Origin: a virus
Virus record (IMG/VR): IMGVR_UViG_3300046115_000180
Strand: one strand, 5' to 3'
Length of the DNA: 64,000 bases
The notes beneath the pieces are model-generated. The model saw only the letters and a program-made list of their open reading frames with translations, was not told the origin of the DNA and did no database searches. The position numbers and the translations under genes were made by a program. Shown here piece after piece: positions 1-10,000 of the stretch (its first letter is position 1; each line of letters opens with the position of its first letter).

Positions 1-2
1 CT

Positions 3-524
3 CACTGCGGCTACGCCTATAATATCGGCGACTCTTTTTTCTGCGGCACGTGGGATTTAGCGACTTCGCGGGAGATCACGGAACAAGGAAAGCAGCGGGG
101 TGACCGGCGGGGAGACATCCGGGTATACCGATTGCTACAAAACATCCGAGAATTACTTCGTAGTTATTCATTCGATTATCTTGTGTTTGAGGATGTGCTA
201 TTTAGCAGTTCGCGGATGCAGACTCAACTTTGGGCGAGTTTGAGGACAACGGTATGGCTGGCCGACGATGTGCCGAACTCTGAGATGCGGATCGACTGTG
301 TGCCGGTAACCACGTTAAAGAGATTTGCGGGTCACGGTGGGGCTGACAAAAACATGATGGCTAGGTTTTTATGCAAGGCGGATAGTCGATTTGCATATAT
401 CGGGAAAACTAACCCTAAGCTTTTTTTTCGTCAGTCCGTGGAACAGTTGAAACCAATCGACGATAATTGCGTGGACGCGGTCTGGATACACCGCTGGGCC
501 AAGCACAACCTCTCACGACGATGA
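3..524 (+). CDS. RuvC-like Holliday junction resolvase, 5' end outside window
   Basis: Frame of ORF 132..524 stays open back to nt 3 (the listed M at 132 is TTG). YLVFEDV and DDNCVDAVWIHRWA resemble RuvC acidic catalytic motifs. Confidence 0.6.
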   Translation, partial: HCGYAYNIGDSFFCGTWDLATSREITEQGKQRGDRRGDIRVYRLLQNIRELLRSYSFDYLVFEDVLFSSSRMQTQLWASLRTTVWLADDVPNSEMRIDCVPVTTLKRFAGHGGADKNMMARFLCKADSRFAYIGKTNPKLFFRQSVEQLKPIDDNCVDAVWIHRWAKHNLSRR

Positions 525-1273
525 AACGAATTCAACAAGCCATCCTCATGCCGAACCGAGAAGCGGTCAACGCCGCGCAGGTGTCGTTACTGCTGAATGT
601 GGCGCAGTCTATTGTCGGCTGTCTTCGACAGCCAGAGACCGAACTCGGCAAGGAGCAAAGCCCGGAGATCGACGGCGGCGCAAGACTCGCGATGGAGCAG
701 ACTCTCGCGAAAGCGTGTCAGCGGCTGGACAATATTCTCGCTGAGGATACTCGCTGGACCTTCGAAGCACAGCAGGCGATGGAAAAACAGCTTAGCCAGA
801 TGTATGCCCAGAACACTAATCTTCTTCGTGCACAAACCATGCTGGCAGAGGAAGCGCTCCGACCGCACTCCAGATATCATCCGCGGCTGATTCAAATCAA
901 TGGGGTCTGGTGCGCCGTCCTCGGGGACATCAACGATATCGACAATGCAATTTGCGGCATCGGCGAAACCCCGCAAGAGGCATTGAAGGCATTTGATGAC
1001 GTTTTTACTGGACAAGTTCCCGGACATTTGATTAACTGGATTAATGCGGTATACGACGCCCGGGTCGCGGGCAAAACGCCACCTCTTTACAAAGAATTTA
1101 AAAATGAGCAAGATAAAACCAACAAATTGGACGACACGGGAACTGGCACAATTACGAAAACTGAAAGCCCAGGGAGTCCCCCACAAGGAAATCGCCCAGA
1201 AGATGGGTCGAACGACGACGGCCGTCAACCGGACGGTGGACCGGATGGAAATAACGGTCCCCACCGAATCTGA
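521..1273 (+). CDS. hypothetical protein (~250 aa)
   Basis: ATG at 521 overlaps the upstream stop (ATGA). The last ~55 codons overlap the next gene and look low-complexity. Confidence 0.5.
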   Translation: MKRIQQAILMPNREAVNAAQVSLLLNVAQSIVGCLRQPETELGKEQSPEIDGGARLAMEQTLAKACQRLDNILAEDTRWTFEAQQAMEKQLSQMYAQNTNLLRAQTMLAEEALRPHSRYHPRLIQINGVWCAVLGDINDIDNAICGIGETPQEALKAFDDVFTGQVPGHLINWINAVYDARVAGKTPPLYKEFKNEQDKTNKLDDTGTGTITKTESPGSPPQGNRPEDGSNDDGRQPDGGPDGNNGPHRI

Positions 1274-2351
1274 ACTCAACGCCCAACTCGAATATTGGAA
1301 GTCGAAGGCGAAGTCGATTGAGCGCGACTTAGCTGCCGCCAGCAAGTCGAAGACCGCCGTCGAAATGCTCTGCGCGCACGCGCGAGACCTTGCCCCCAAA
1401 AGTTATACAGCATCACCGTCACAGATTGCACTGCGGAAACCTCAATCTCATGGCAGTCCGCAGTCCGCCGTGATGCTGTTCTCCGATACGCACATTGGCG
1501 CCGTCGTGAAACCGGAGCAGACGCTTGGGCTGGGTGAGTATAATTTCGAATTGTTTCTTCGTCGGCTATACCGGTTGGAAAACTCGATAGCGTCCATTTT
1601 ACAAGACCATACGACGACAGCCGTGCCGGAGATCGTGATACCGATGCTCGGCGACCAAATCGACGGTGCGCTGGAACACTCCGCGGAGTGTGGTCAAGTG
1701 AACACTCTACTGAGTCAGTTTTATTCCGGCGGGCATGCGATTGCCCAATTCTTTCGGAACCTGAGTCGGCTGGCGCCGCTTCGGATTTATGGAACGGTCG
1801 GCAATCATCCCCGCTGGCAGAATCAGAAAAAGATGCCGACGAAAAACCGCAACTCGAACCTCGATTTTTTTCTCTACCTATACATCGAAGCCCTGCTGCG
1901 AGATGTGCCGAATATCAAGTTCCACTTTGACTGGCAGCCGTTCTCGTGTTTCTCTGTCCAGGGGTTCCCGTTCTTTTGTGGCCATGGCGATAACCTCCGC
2001 GGCGGCGACAAGATGCTCGGCGTTCCGAATCACGCAATCGGGCGAAACGTCAGCACCATAACGCAACTTTTCACGAGGGCGGGCAAGGATACGCCGGCCT
2101 ACTATTGTTACGGGCATCTTCATCGGCCGATTACGCTTCCGCACAGCAAAGGGGAAGTCATCGTCAACGGGTCGTTCGTCGGCATCGACGGCTTTGCACT
2201 TTCGGAAGCGTTCAACTCTAGTCACCCGTTGCAACGGCTGTTCCTCATGCACCCGAAGTATGGCCGCTCTGCGTGCTACGACCTGAGGCTCGACCTGGGG
2301 GACGCCACCGAGCACGGATACAAATTGCCAACCGCATTCGAGTGCAAATGA
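1104..2351 (+). CDS. HTH domain fused to calcineurin-like metallophosphoesterase (Mre11/SbcD-type nuclease)
   Basis: The N-terminus WTTRELAQLRKLKAQGVPHKEIAQKMGRTTTAV is HTH-like. Phosphoesterase motifs are present in order: DTHIG, GDQIDG, GNHPR, GHGD, GHLH. Confidence 0.85.
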   Translation: MSKIKPTNWTTRELAQLRKLKAQGVPHKEIAQKMGRTTTAVNRTVDRMEITVPTESELNAQLEYWKSKAKSIERDLAAASKSKTAVEMLCAHARDLAPKSYTASPSQIALRKPQSHGSPQSAVMLFSDTHIGAVVKPEQTLGLGEYNFELFLRRLYRLENSIASILQDHTTTAVPEIVIPMLGDQIDGALEHSAECGQVNTLLSQFYSGGHAIAQFFRNLSRLAPLRIYGTVGNHPRWQNQKKMPTKNRNSNLDFFLYLYIEALLRDVPNIKFHFDWQPFSCFSVQGFPFFCGHGDNLRGGDKMLGVPNHAIGRNVSTITQLFTRAGKDTPAYYCYGHLHRPITLPHSKGEVIVNGSFVGIDGFALSEAFNSSHPLQRLFLMHPKYGRSACYDLRLDLGDATEHGYKLPTAFECK

Positions 2352-2863
2352 AAAAATTAATCTACTGGTATCTCCGTCGACGGTTCCGTGCGCAGGCGCG
2401 GTCTACTCGGTTCGGCCTTGCGGCCGGATCTCTGGACGCCATGCGGAACGAGATCGAGCAGAATCACGAGTGGGCGCACGCGTCTGTTCCAAGCATCCGC
2501 GATTCCTGGAAACGATTCTGGCTGTGGCTCTGGCTTCGCAGGCGAATACGAAAGGCGCCGCCTACGTCGCCATACATGAAAAAAGTGGGTCCGAGGAAGT
2601 GGGTTGAGATTGACCGAGAGCCGAAAGAGGACTTCCCGAAACAGTTTTCAGGTGGGACTGCGGGAGATCCGGACTATTGGAAAACTCATGAACCTGTTTT
2701 TACTCCGCGACCCGAGGAAGGGACTGTTTATTGGCCTCAGTTTGTGAGTGCTAACGACGCTTTGAAGGCGGAAGTGGCGGAGAGAAACCTTAAATCGGAC
2801 TCTTCAGAATGCTCTGCAGCAACTGCCCCTGACCCGTCGGTTTCGACGGACCCAAATTCTTGA
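2348..2863 (+). CDS. hypothetical protein
   Basis: ATG at 2348 overlaps the upstream stop (ATGA). The 3' end overlaps the convergent ORF 2790..3419 by 74 nt. Confidence 0.5.
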   Translation: MKKLIYWYLRRRFRAQARSTRFGLAAGSLDAMRNEIEQNHEWAHASVPSIRDSWKRFWLWLWLRRRIRKAPPTSPYMKKVGPRKWVEIDREPKEDFPKQFSGGTAGDPDYWKTHEPVFTPRPEEGTVYWPQFVSANDALKAEVAERNLKSDSSECSAATAPDPSVSTDPNS

Positions 2864-3419
2864 GCCTCGCGTTCGTCAACGATTTCTGACTCGACGCCGG
2901 CATCGGCGCCGGACTCCTCACCGCAGACTTCATTTGATTCGCGGCCGCAGGCGTATTCCCGGCGGCACCGGTAGGCGGTTGTGCACTCAGCACCGGGTTA
3001 CCTTCACCAGAGCCGGCGACTTGCTGGTTAACCACATCGAACGGCGGTGCGACTTCCAGCAGTTTGCCGGCTTGGTCTGCGGCCTTCAACTGTTCGCCGT
3101 TCAGCTTTAGCTGATTGAAAATAACGCCCAGGTCACCGCCCAGGGACCGATACAGCCCCATGCCGGCCCGGACGAGCCCGTCCTTGTTCTCGGATATCAG
3201 CTTCGCCTCGGGTCGCTTTTGAAAGTCTTTCAGCGACGCAGAGAACGCCGCCGGGCTGCCGGAGAAAATCGCCTGCATCGCCGGGATCTGCAGCAGTTCA
3301 TCGGGCAGTGAAGAAGTTGAAGTCGCACCTTCATTTGAAGTTGCGACTTTCGTCGGGTCGGTCGGCTCTACGGGGGGAGCGGCGGCGGCAGAAATTGGTT
3401 CAACGGGAATTGTGGCCAT
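2790..3419 (-). CDS. hypothetical Ala/Pro-rich protein (last gene of minus-strand block)
   Basis: 209-aa ORF. ACACTGTTT motif lies 9 nt upstream of the ATG. Confidence 0.55.
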   Translation of the reverse strand: MATIPVEPISAAAAPPVEPTDPTKVATSNEGATSTSSLPDELLQIPAMQAIFSGSPAAFSASLKDFQKRPEAKLISENKDGLVRAGMGLYRSLGGDLGVIFNQLKLNGEQLKAADQAGKLLEVAPPFDVVNQQVAGSGEGNPVLSAQPPTGAAGNTPAAANQMKSAVRSPAPMPASSQKSLTNARLKNLGPSKPTGQGQLLQSILKSPI

Positions 3420-3425
3420 AACTAC

Positions 3426-3614
3426 TTAAACAGTGTCCGAGCGGTCGCGACGGGGCAACGGGGTTACCTCGGCGTCGCCGGCCGGATACAGCCGCTCGGT
3501 CAATTCTTCCCAGAAGCTGGAAAATAGCTCTGCGTAGGCAGCACGCGCGGCTGCGAGTAGCTCGGCGCTCGGTTCGAGTTCTTCGATGGGTGGTTTCTTT
3601 GATTTTTCGGACAT
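3426..3614 (-). CDS. small acidic hypothetical protein (62 aa)
   Basis: Internal ATG (MSEKSKK) lies 4 nt after the upstream TAA. The longer ORF-track start would overlap the endonuclease VII gene. Confidence 0.5.
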   Translation of the reverse strand: MSEKSKKPPIEELEPSAELLAAARAAYAELFSSFWEELTERLYPAGDAEVTPLPRRDRSDTV

Positions 3615-3618
3615 ATTT

Positions 3619-4047
3619 TTAAATCTTAGTAAGATACTCGATTGCGCGGCGTAAGTCAAGAACAGAATCACGAAAAGCCCCAAGTCCGAAATTGCAAGCA
3701 GCGCACAACAGCCCCCGAACTTTACCCGTTACGTGGTCATGATCCACATGTAGGGTTCGTTCACTCGGCTGTTTACAAATATCACAACAGCCGTTCTGAT
3801 TACGAAAACGTTCGTCATATTCTCCCAGTCTCAGCCCGTAAAGCTGCTGTCGCATTTTTTCTCGACGCGTGGTGATATAGTTCGCTTTTCGATTCGCTAA
3901 TATGCGTGGACGATTTTTCTTCCGCCATTTTGCGGCGTATAGATGGTGGCACTCCCGACAGTCAGAGCGATAGCCGTCTCTGGTTTTTACGTGCCGATTG
4001 AATTCGGTTATGGGTTTACTTTGACGACACTTTATGCAAGTTTTCAT
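3619..4047 (-). CDS. recombination endonuclease VII family protein
   Basis: LHVDHDHVTGKVRGLLCAACNFGLG matches the T4 gp49/Endonuclease_7 signature, and an N-terminal CxxC zinc motif is present. The ATG at 4047 overlaps the giant-gene stop (ATGA). Confidence 0.85.
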   Translation of the reverse strand: MKTCIKCRQSKPITEFNRHVKTRDGYRSDCRECHHLYAAKWRKKNRPRILANRKANYITTRREKMRQQLYGLRLGEYDERFRNQNGCCDICKQPSERTLHVDHDHVTGKVRGLLCAACNFGLGAFRDSVLDLRRAIEYLTKI

Positions 4048-7000
4048 CGGGTGACACGCGGCTCGACAAACGCAAACTCGGAAGTCTCGACCTTCTTCTG
4101 TCCACGACTCCGTATTTCTTTTTGCAAAGCCTCGGTCTTTTTTAGCTCTGCACGGAAGTCCCCTAGATCTAATCGAGACCACCCTTCGGAAGCCCATTTT
4201 TGTTTCTCTGCAAACCAGACGGCCGCTTGTAGCTCGCTGGGCTTCATGTTGAGTTGGCCGGCGGCATTTCGAAAAATCGATTGCGCAAACGCAAAATCCT
4301 CGTCGGAAACCCCCTGCTTATTCACCGGCATAATCCGCCAGCGCTCTTGGAAGTCGGAATACCCCAGCCGGCGCAGTGTTCGGTCCGCCCACAGGTCGAT
4401 AGTCGCTTCCGTGCCTTCGCCGAGAAGGTTTTCCACGAAGTTTGCCACCTTCGGCCCCTTGTTCTGCTCCAGCCACCGGCGCGCCGCCACCTGGAGCACC
4501 GGGATCGAGTTGATGCCGAAAAGCTTGCCGTTGCTCTGCCGCGGCTTGATGTCGTGGGTTTCGATCCATCGCGCCATGAATGCGGCCGGCGTCGGCTTGG
4601 CCGGCGGGTCAGAGATTCGGCCGGCGTTGAGTTCCCGGTTATACCAAGCGAGCCATTTATCATTCGCCATCATCGATAACCCCTGCTCAAACTTTTTGAT
4701 GTTCTGTTTGAACCGTCCGGATTTAAACCCCTCCAGCGCATCAAGCGCAAATTTGAAATTGGTTTCAACCGAGGTTTTCGGACTGGTAGCCGCTAACAGT
4801 TCAGCGAACATTCGGGCGTCGTCGCCGAAGCGTGCTTTCAACTGCTCGGAAAACTCTGAATACCACTTGCGTCCCATTTGATACTCGGGAGTGGTTTCGA
4901 CAGATCGCCCAAACTCTGCCAGTTTATCCGCATAGGTTTGAACCGGGTTGTCTGAGTCCGTAATCAACGGCGCCTCGCGCAGCTTCGACGGGATCGAGTC
5001 TGCGCTTCGTTTTGGAACGATGGCTTCTGGGAAGTGGGCCATTAACTCCGCTCTTGACATCGACGCGAGTTGCGACGTGCTCAGGAACGGCCGGCTGCCT
5101 GCAGGCATACCGCCAAACTCTTGTTGAGTCTCCTCGGCACCGGGCTGGAATTGGGTTTTTTCAAACGGATTCTTTAAAAATCGAGACATTTGACCTTCCG
5201 TAATCTTTCCCCGATTACGAAATACAGACGCAGCCTTAACGTTTCCATCTTTGTCTGTTATGTCAACGGCTATGGAGAGAGTTGAATCTTCGTGCAGGAG
5301 CGATCTTAAATAGTCGATCTGGGAGGAAGTAGGTTTTTTAGAAATTGAGACGCCTATGTGCCCCCCGAAGTCGTCGATGCCGGAAGAGGTATCAGTAATC
5401 GAGACCCTCATTGCCCCCGTAGTATCCTGAAACTCATCTATACCGGTTAGTATTCCCTCGTCAAAAAAATTTTCAACGGTATCGTCATGATACAGTAATG
5501 CGTCCGCGTCTGATTTTACTTTGTAAGCACGCCCGTCCGGCATAACCCAAGCCGAATCATACTTTTCTTTTCCAGCTTCGATAAAGGGAAGTCCGTCCGG
5601 AGTGACTTTTGATTTTGTGGGTGCGGAAAAGAAATTTTTGATGTATTCCTCTTCTCCAGGTTGAAATTGTCGCGCCCGCGCCTGGGCGATGCCGGTAACA
5701 GAGCCGCTGGCTGCGCCACCTATCGGCGCGGATTCGAGGAACGGAATCGCCGCCATTTTCTCCATGTCGGAATTCATGTTCATGAACCGCGCAGAACCGG
5801 AGTCGGCGACTGCGCTGACATCATCATTGAAAAGTTCAACTCGCAAATTGTCGATCTGATCAATGTTCGTCTCGACGAACTGCTGGATCGACGGTTTGAG
5901 TTTCGCCCAATCGGCGGCTCTTGCTTCGACGGTTAGTTGTCCGCCGTTCCTGGCGTAATTCATCCTCGCAAAGCCCTTTTTGAGTGCTTCAGTCCGGGCG
6001 CTCGGATCGTCTGCCCCGGTTTTAATCCCATACTGTTCACCGTTTTCATTCAGCCATTCATGGTGCCATTTTCCGCCGAGTTGCACCGGGGTTCCGTCCG
6101 GCAGTATCCACGCCTTTGAAAACATTCCACCAGCGGCGGGCTTTCGCAGTTTGAAATCCTCTGGCGCAGGTTGAAACTGTGCGGCAACTTCACCGGTTCC
6201 ACCAGTCGGAATTTCTTCAAACTTCTGGAGGTCGAAAATGGCGATTTGATTATTGTCGCGTCCAAGTTGAATAGCCCGTTCTCGATTCGGCTCAGTCGTT
6301 ACCACATCGAGATAGGTTTTGCCTTTGTTTGTCCACGTGCCGAGACTGTTCTCGGGCTGAGCCAACAACTCCTGGTTTGCTCGAATGTATTCGTTGATAT
6401 CTGATGCGGTGGGCGGTCCGTCAATAATCTTCGACCGCTCTGGGTGCGTCGACACCGCGAAAAACGGCTCGCCCGACAAATTCCGGTTCTGCGAAAGATT
6501 AAAAGTTGAACCGCCACCAGCTTGATGCGCGGCTAAGACTTTTTGGACGTTTTCAGGAAACAGTGGCACCGGCGGGTTATAATTCGGATCGACGTATTTT
6601 CGAATCCCGGGCACCGCAGAGCCGTCGTTGGTGTCTTCCAAATTTCGCCCGGTGGCGGCTTCATATGCCTCACGCGCGGCCTGCGCTCGGCCGATTAATT
6701 CCATGCGTTGTGAAAAATCGCCAGACTTCGATGCCTCACGTAACGCTTCCGACGTAGAGCGGAGCGCCTGAACATCTTCGAAAGTTTTCGCACTGGCGCC
6801 CAGATCCCACGCCCAGCCGGTGAGGCCGGCACCGAGTTTTCCTTTGTAATTCCCGATGGTGGCTTTCCACTCCTCCGGCGTCATCTCCGTTAGTCGACGC
6901 GCGGATTCCGCTACCGGTTGAAATTGACGAAATCCTTCAAATTCATCCGCTTCCAAATATCCTTTTTTTCCAGCGGGGGCTCGTTTTATTTCGGTCGGCA

Positions 7001-10000
7001 CCTGCTTGAGAGCTAGGGCACGGTCAAACGCCTCATCACGAGTTAAAAATTCCCCCGAGTTTGTGGTAAAACCATCTGTCACTCGTCCAAACGCGGCGTC
7101 AGGCGAAATTCCTAACTCATACGCCATGTTATCAGTGGCGATGCCGTGCCACGATCCTTCGAATACTCGACCCGTTTCGTTGTCTTTTACTGCCGCCGCT
7201 TTAACCGCACGCGGGTCGGCGCTCGGTTGAAATCCAGCCGTGAGTGTGAGGGTGTTGCCTCTGAACTGCGGCAACTCGGGCGCCAGTTCAACCTCTTTGA
7301 TATTTTCGAGGTTGAGTTTTTGGATTGCTTCAATGAAACTCGGAAGTGCTACTTTCGCCTGCGCGGCGGCTTGCTCAATTGCGGAGCGCACGGGATTCAC
7401 TTCGAGAATCGAACGGCCCTCAATGCCGAGAGCCTGTGCCCGTTCACCAGAAAATTGTGGCCGAGGCTCTACTGGCACGCTCAGCCGTTGCGGTCCCCCC
7501 GCCGTGGCGATAGAAACCTCCTGACCGGCGATGTTTAACGGTAACCGTTGTCCGACCCGGTTCGAGTCGGGCAAACGTAAGTTAAACAACATGTTGATGG
7601 TGTCCGCCTGGGGCTGCGCCAGATCAACCGCGCGCGCAGGCGTAGACTGCGGCGCGAAAAATCCACGCTCTGTTAGGTCACGTGGAACCACGAGGGGCTC
7701 ACCGGCGCCCGTTTGTCCGGCCATCTGATTGCGGACAAAGTTCTGAGTGTCCGCGAAAAGCTGTTGCCAGCCCGCGTCGGTAAAAGTTTTATTCGCGATG
7801 TCGAGTGGATATGGTGTCAGCCGCTCACCGCCGGGTAGCTCGGACAACGTGCGCGCGAGTTTGTGTGCATTGGCCGCAAAAACCTCGGGCGCCCAACCCT
7901 CGACTTGAAAACCTTTGTTTGTTTTTCGAACCCGCTCTGGAAAAAACGATTTTTCCCACAGCGACCGGGCCGCCTGGGGCATCGTTCGAAAAGCTTCGAT
8001 GATTTCACGCCGGACCGTGCGGTTACTCGTGGTTGCCGCCGCGGGTTCACCGGGCGCACTCAGGTAATTGATTCGGACGCCGGCCTGTTGTGCTATTGCT
8101 TCCGCAATTTGGCCGAGGAGTTCGCGCGGGGACCGCGTTCCGCCGATGACGGGTTCCGCCGGTGCCTGCTCCGCAAACGCTCGCGCTTCGTCGGCGACTT
8201 GCTGCCGGCCCTCGGGGCTGCTGGGCAAGCTACCGCGCGGTGGCACAGGCGTAGCCGGCTGAACATCCCCTCTCGGGGTAGTCGGCTGGGCATCGCCTTG
8301 TGCTAACTCGGCAACCCTCTCTGCAACACGAAACCTCGGTTCGATCTGACCAATCTCGGTCCGTCGTCCGGCAAGGGGTTCCCCGCCCAGGACGCTAACC
8401 ACGTTTCCAATGACTCGCGATAATCTCGGGAGAATTCCGGCCACTGGTCCGAGTCCGGCTCCGCGTTGTTTAAACGCTGCGTCGAAGTTCTCGGCCGCGA
8501 GTTCGCGCGCGATGTAGCGATCCGCTTCTGATTTTGCTTCTTCGGGTGACAGTATCTCGCGCCAGAATTGTTCCGGCCGCGCCGCGGGGTTTCGACTTTG
8601 GGCTTCATTAAAAATTCGAACGAGTTCCGGATCTGCCAAGTCCCGAACATGAGCGTCCGGCGGCGCAGAACCGGTTTCCGACTCAACCATGTTATAGACT
8701 TCTCGGAAAATCTTTTCTTTGGCGGCGTCGAGCCCCCAGCCGGACTCGTCCAGGATGACTTCTTCCCAAGCGCGATTACCGAGATCGCCGACGAGCCGCT
8801 GTGCGTAACGGGTTCCCTCGGCATCCCACTGCGGACCGTATTCCGAACGAACTAGAGCATCCAATTCAAGATTGGCGGCTTCGCCCAGCACGTCCTGGAA
8901 CGCGTGAAACGATTCGTGCGGCGTCGCCTCGACGTTGCGTGCGATGATGACGCGCCGCGGATTACCGGCTCTGTCGGGCAGACTGGTGGTGAAAAATCCT
9001 TCTTGCTGCGAAAAGGTTTTTGCCGTGGCCGCGTCGACGCCGGAGTCGAGAAGTGCCCGCTCCAATGTCGGGGCGTCTGGTGCTAGGAACACGTCAGTAT
9101 TCACCTTCGCCCCACTGGCGAACTGGCGCACCGCATTCAGGCGTGCCCGCACACCGGGCGGTGCCGAAGAGTAAGCCGCAGAGTGCATTTGGTCGAACCG
9201 GGGAAAATTTCCAGAAGACGCGGTCGGAGTGGCGACTCCGTATTCTCGTGGCGCGATCAACTGCCCGGAAATCACGCGACCGGCGATACGCTTCGCTCCG
9301 CCGGCCGCACCGAGGACGGTTCCAATGCCGACGGCACTTTCCGTTTGCTGCGGGGTTTCCGATGACACAGCAGCCAGACCGAGGTCGGCCGCAGTGCCGG
9401 AGACAATTTCTCCCACCGCGCCCGGTAGCGCGCCGGCCACATCTTTAATTCCTTGCGCCGTCGCCGACACAATGGGTTTTCCAGAAACTTGTCGGCCAAT
9501 TTCCTGGACGGTTTGCCCCGCGCGCTGAACAGTTTTTCCCACAACTTGCGCCGTTCGGCCCGCGGCAGTGCCGCCGCCCACAATCGCGAGTGCCGAAATC
9601 GGTTCCCCGGAAATCGCCGCGCCGACGGCAGATGCAACGGGTGCTGCCTTTCCGGCCACTTGCAGCGCTTGACCACCGAGTTCGGTAAGCTTGCCGGCCG
9701 CTTGCGTAATCCCTCCGGCCGCTTTTTCCGCACCAGCGGCAACGCGCGCCCCCGCACGACTGAGGATTGGGACTGCCCCAATACGCCCCAAAGGTCCAAG
9801 TGCTTTTCCAAAAAGGTAGAACGAAAACGGGTCGCCCGCGGCCAGAGCAGTGGTTTCTTCTGGACGAACGGGTTTGCCGGCTGCCGCCAATTCTGCGATA
9901 ACTTCGCCACCGACTGGCTGTAAAAATCCTCCGGCACCCCGGCCGATATCTTCCTGGGTTTCACCCGTCCCGACTGCTTTCCACAGGTCGGAAATTTTCT

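Noticed and set aside
2790-2863. 74-nt convergent overlap of ORFs 2348..2863 and 2790..3419 as a regulatory antisense arrangement
   Set aside because: It may simply mean that one 3' tail is read-through of non-coding sequence. I cannot decide which without homologues, so no claim is made.
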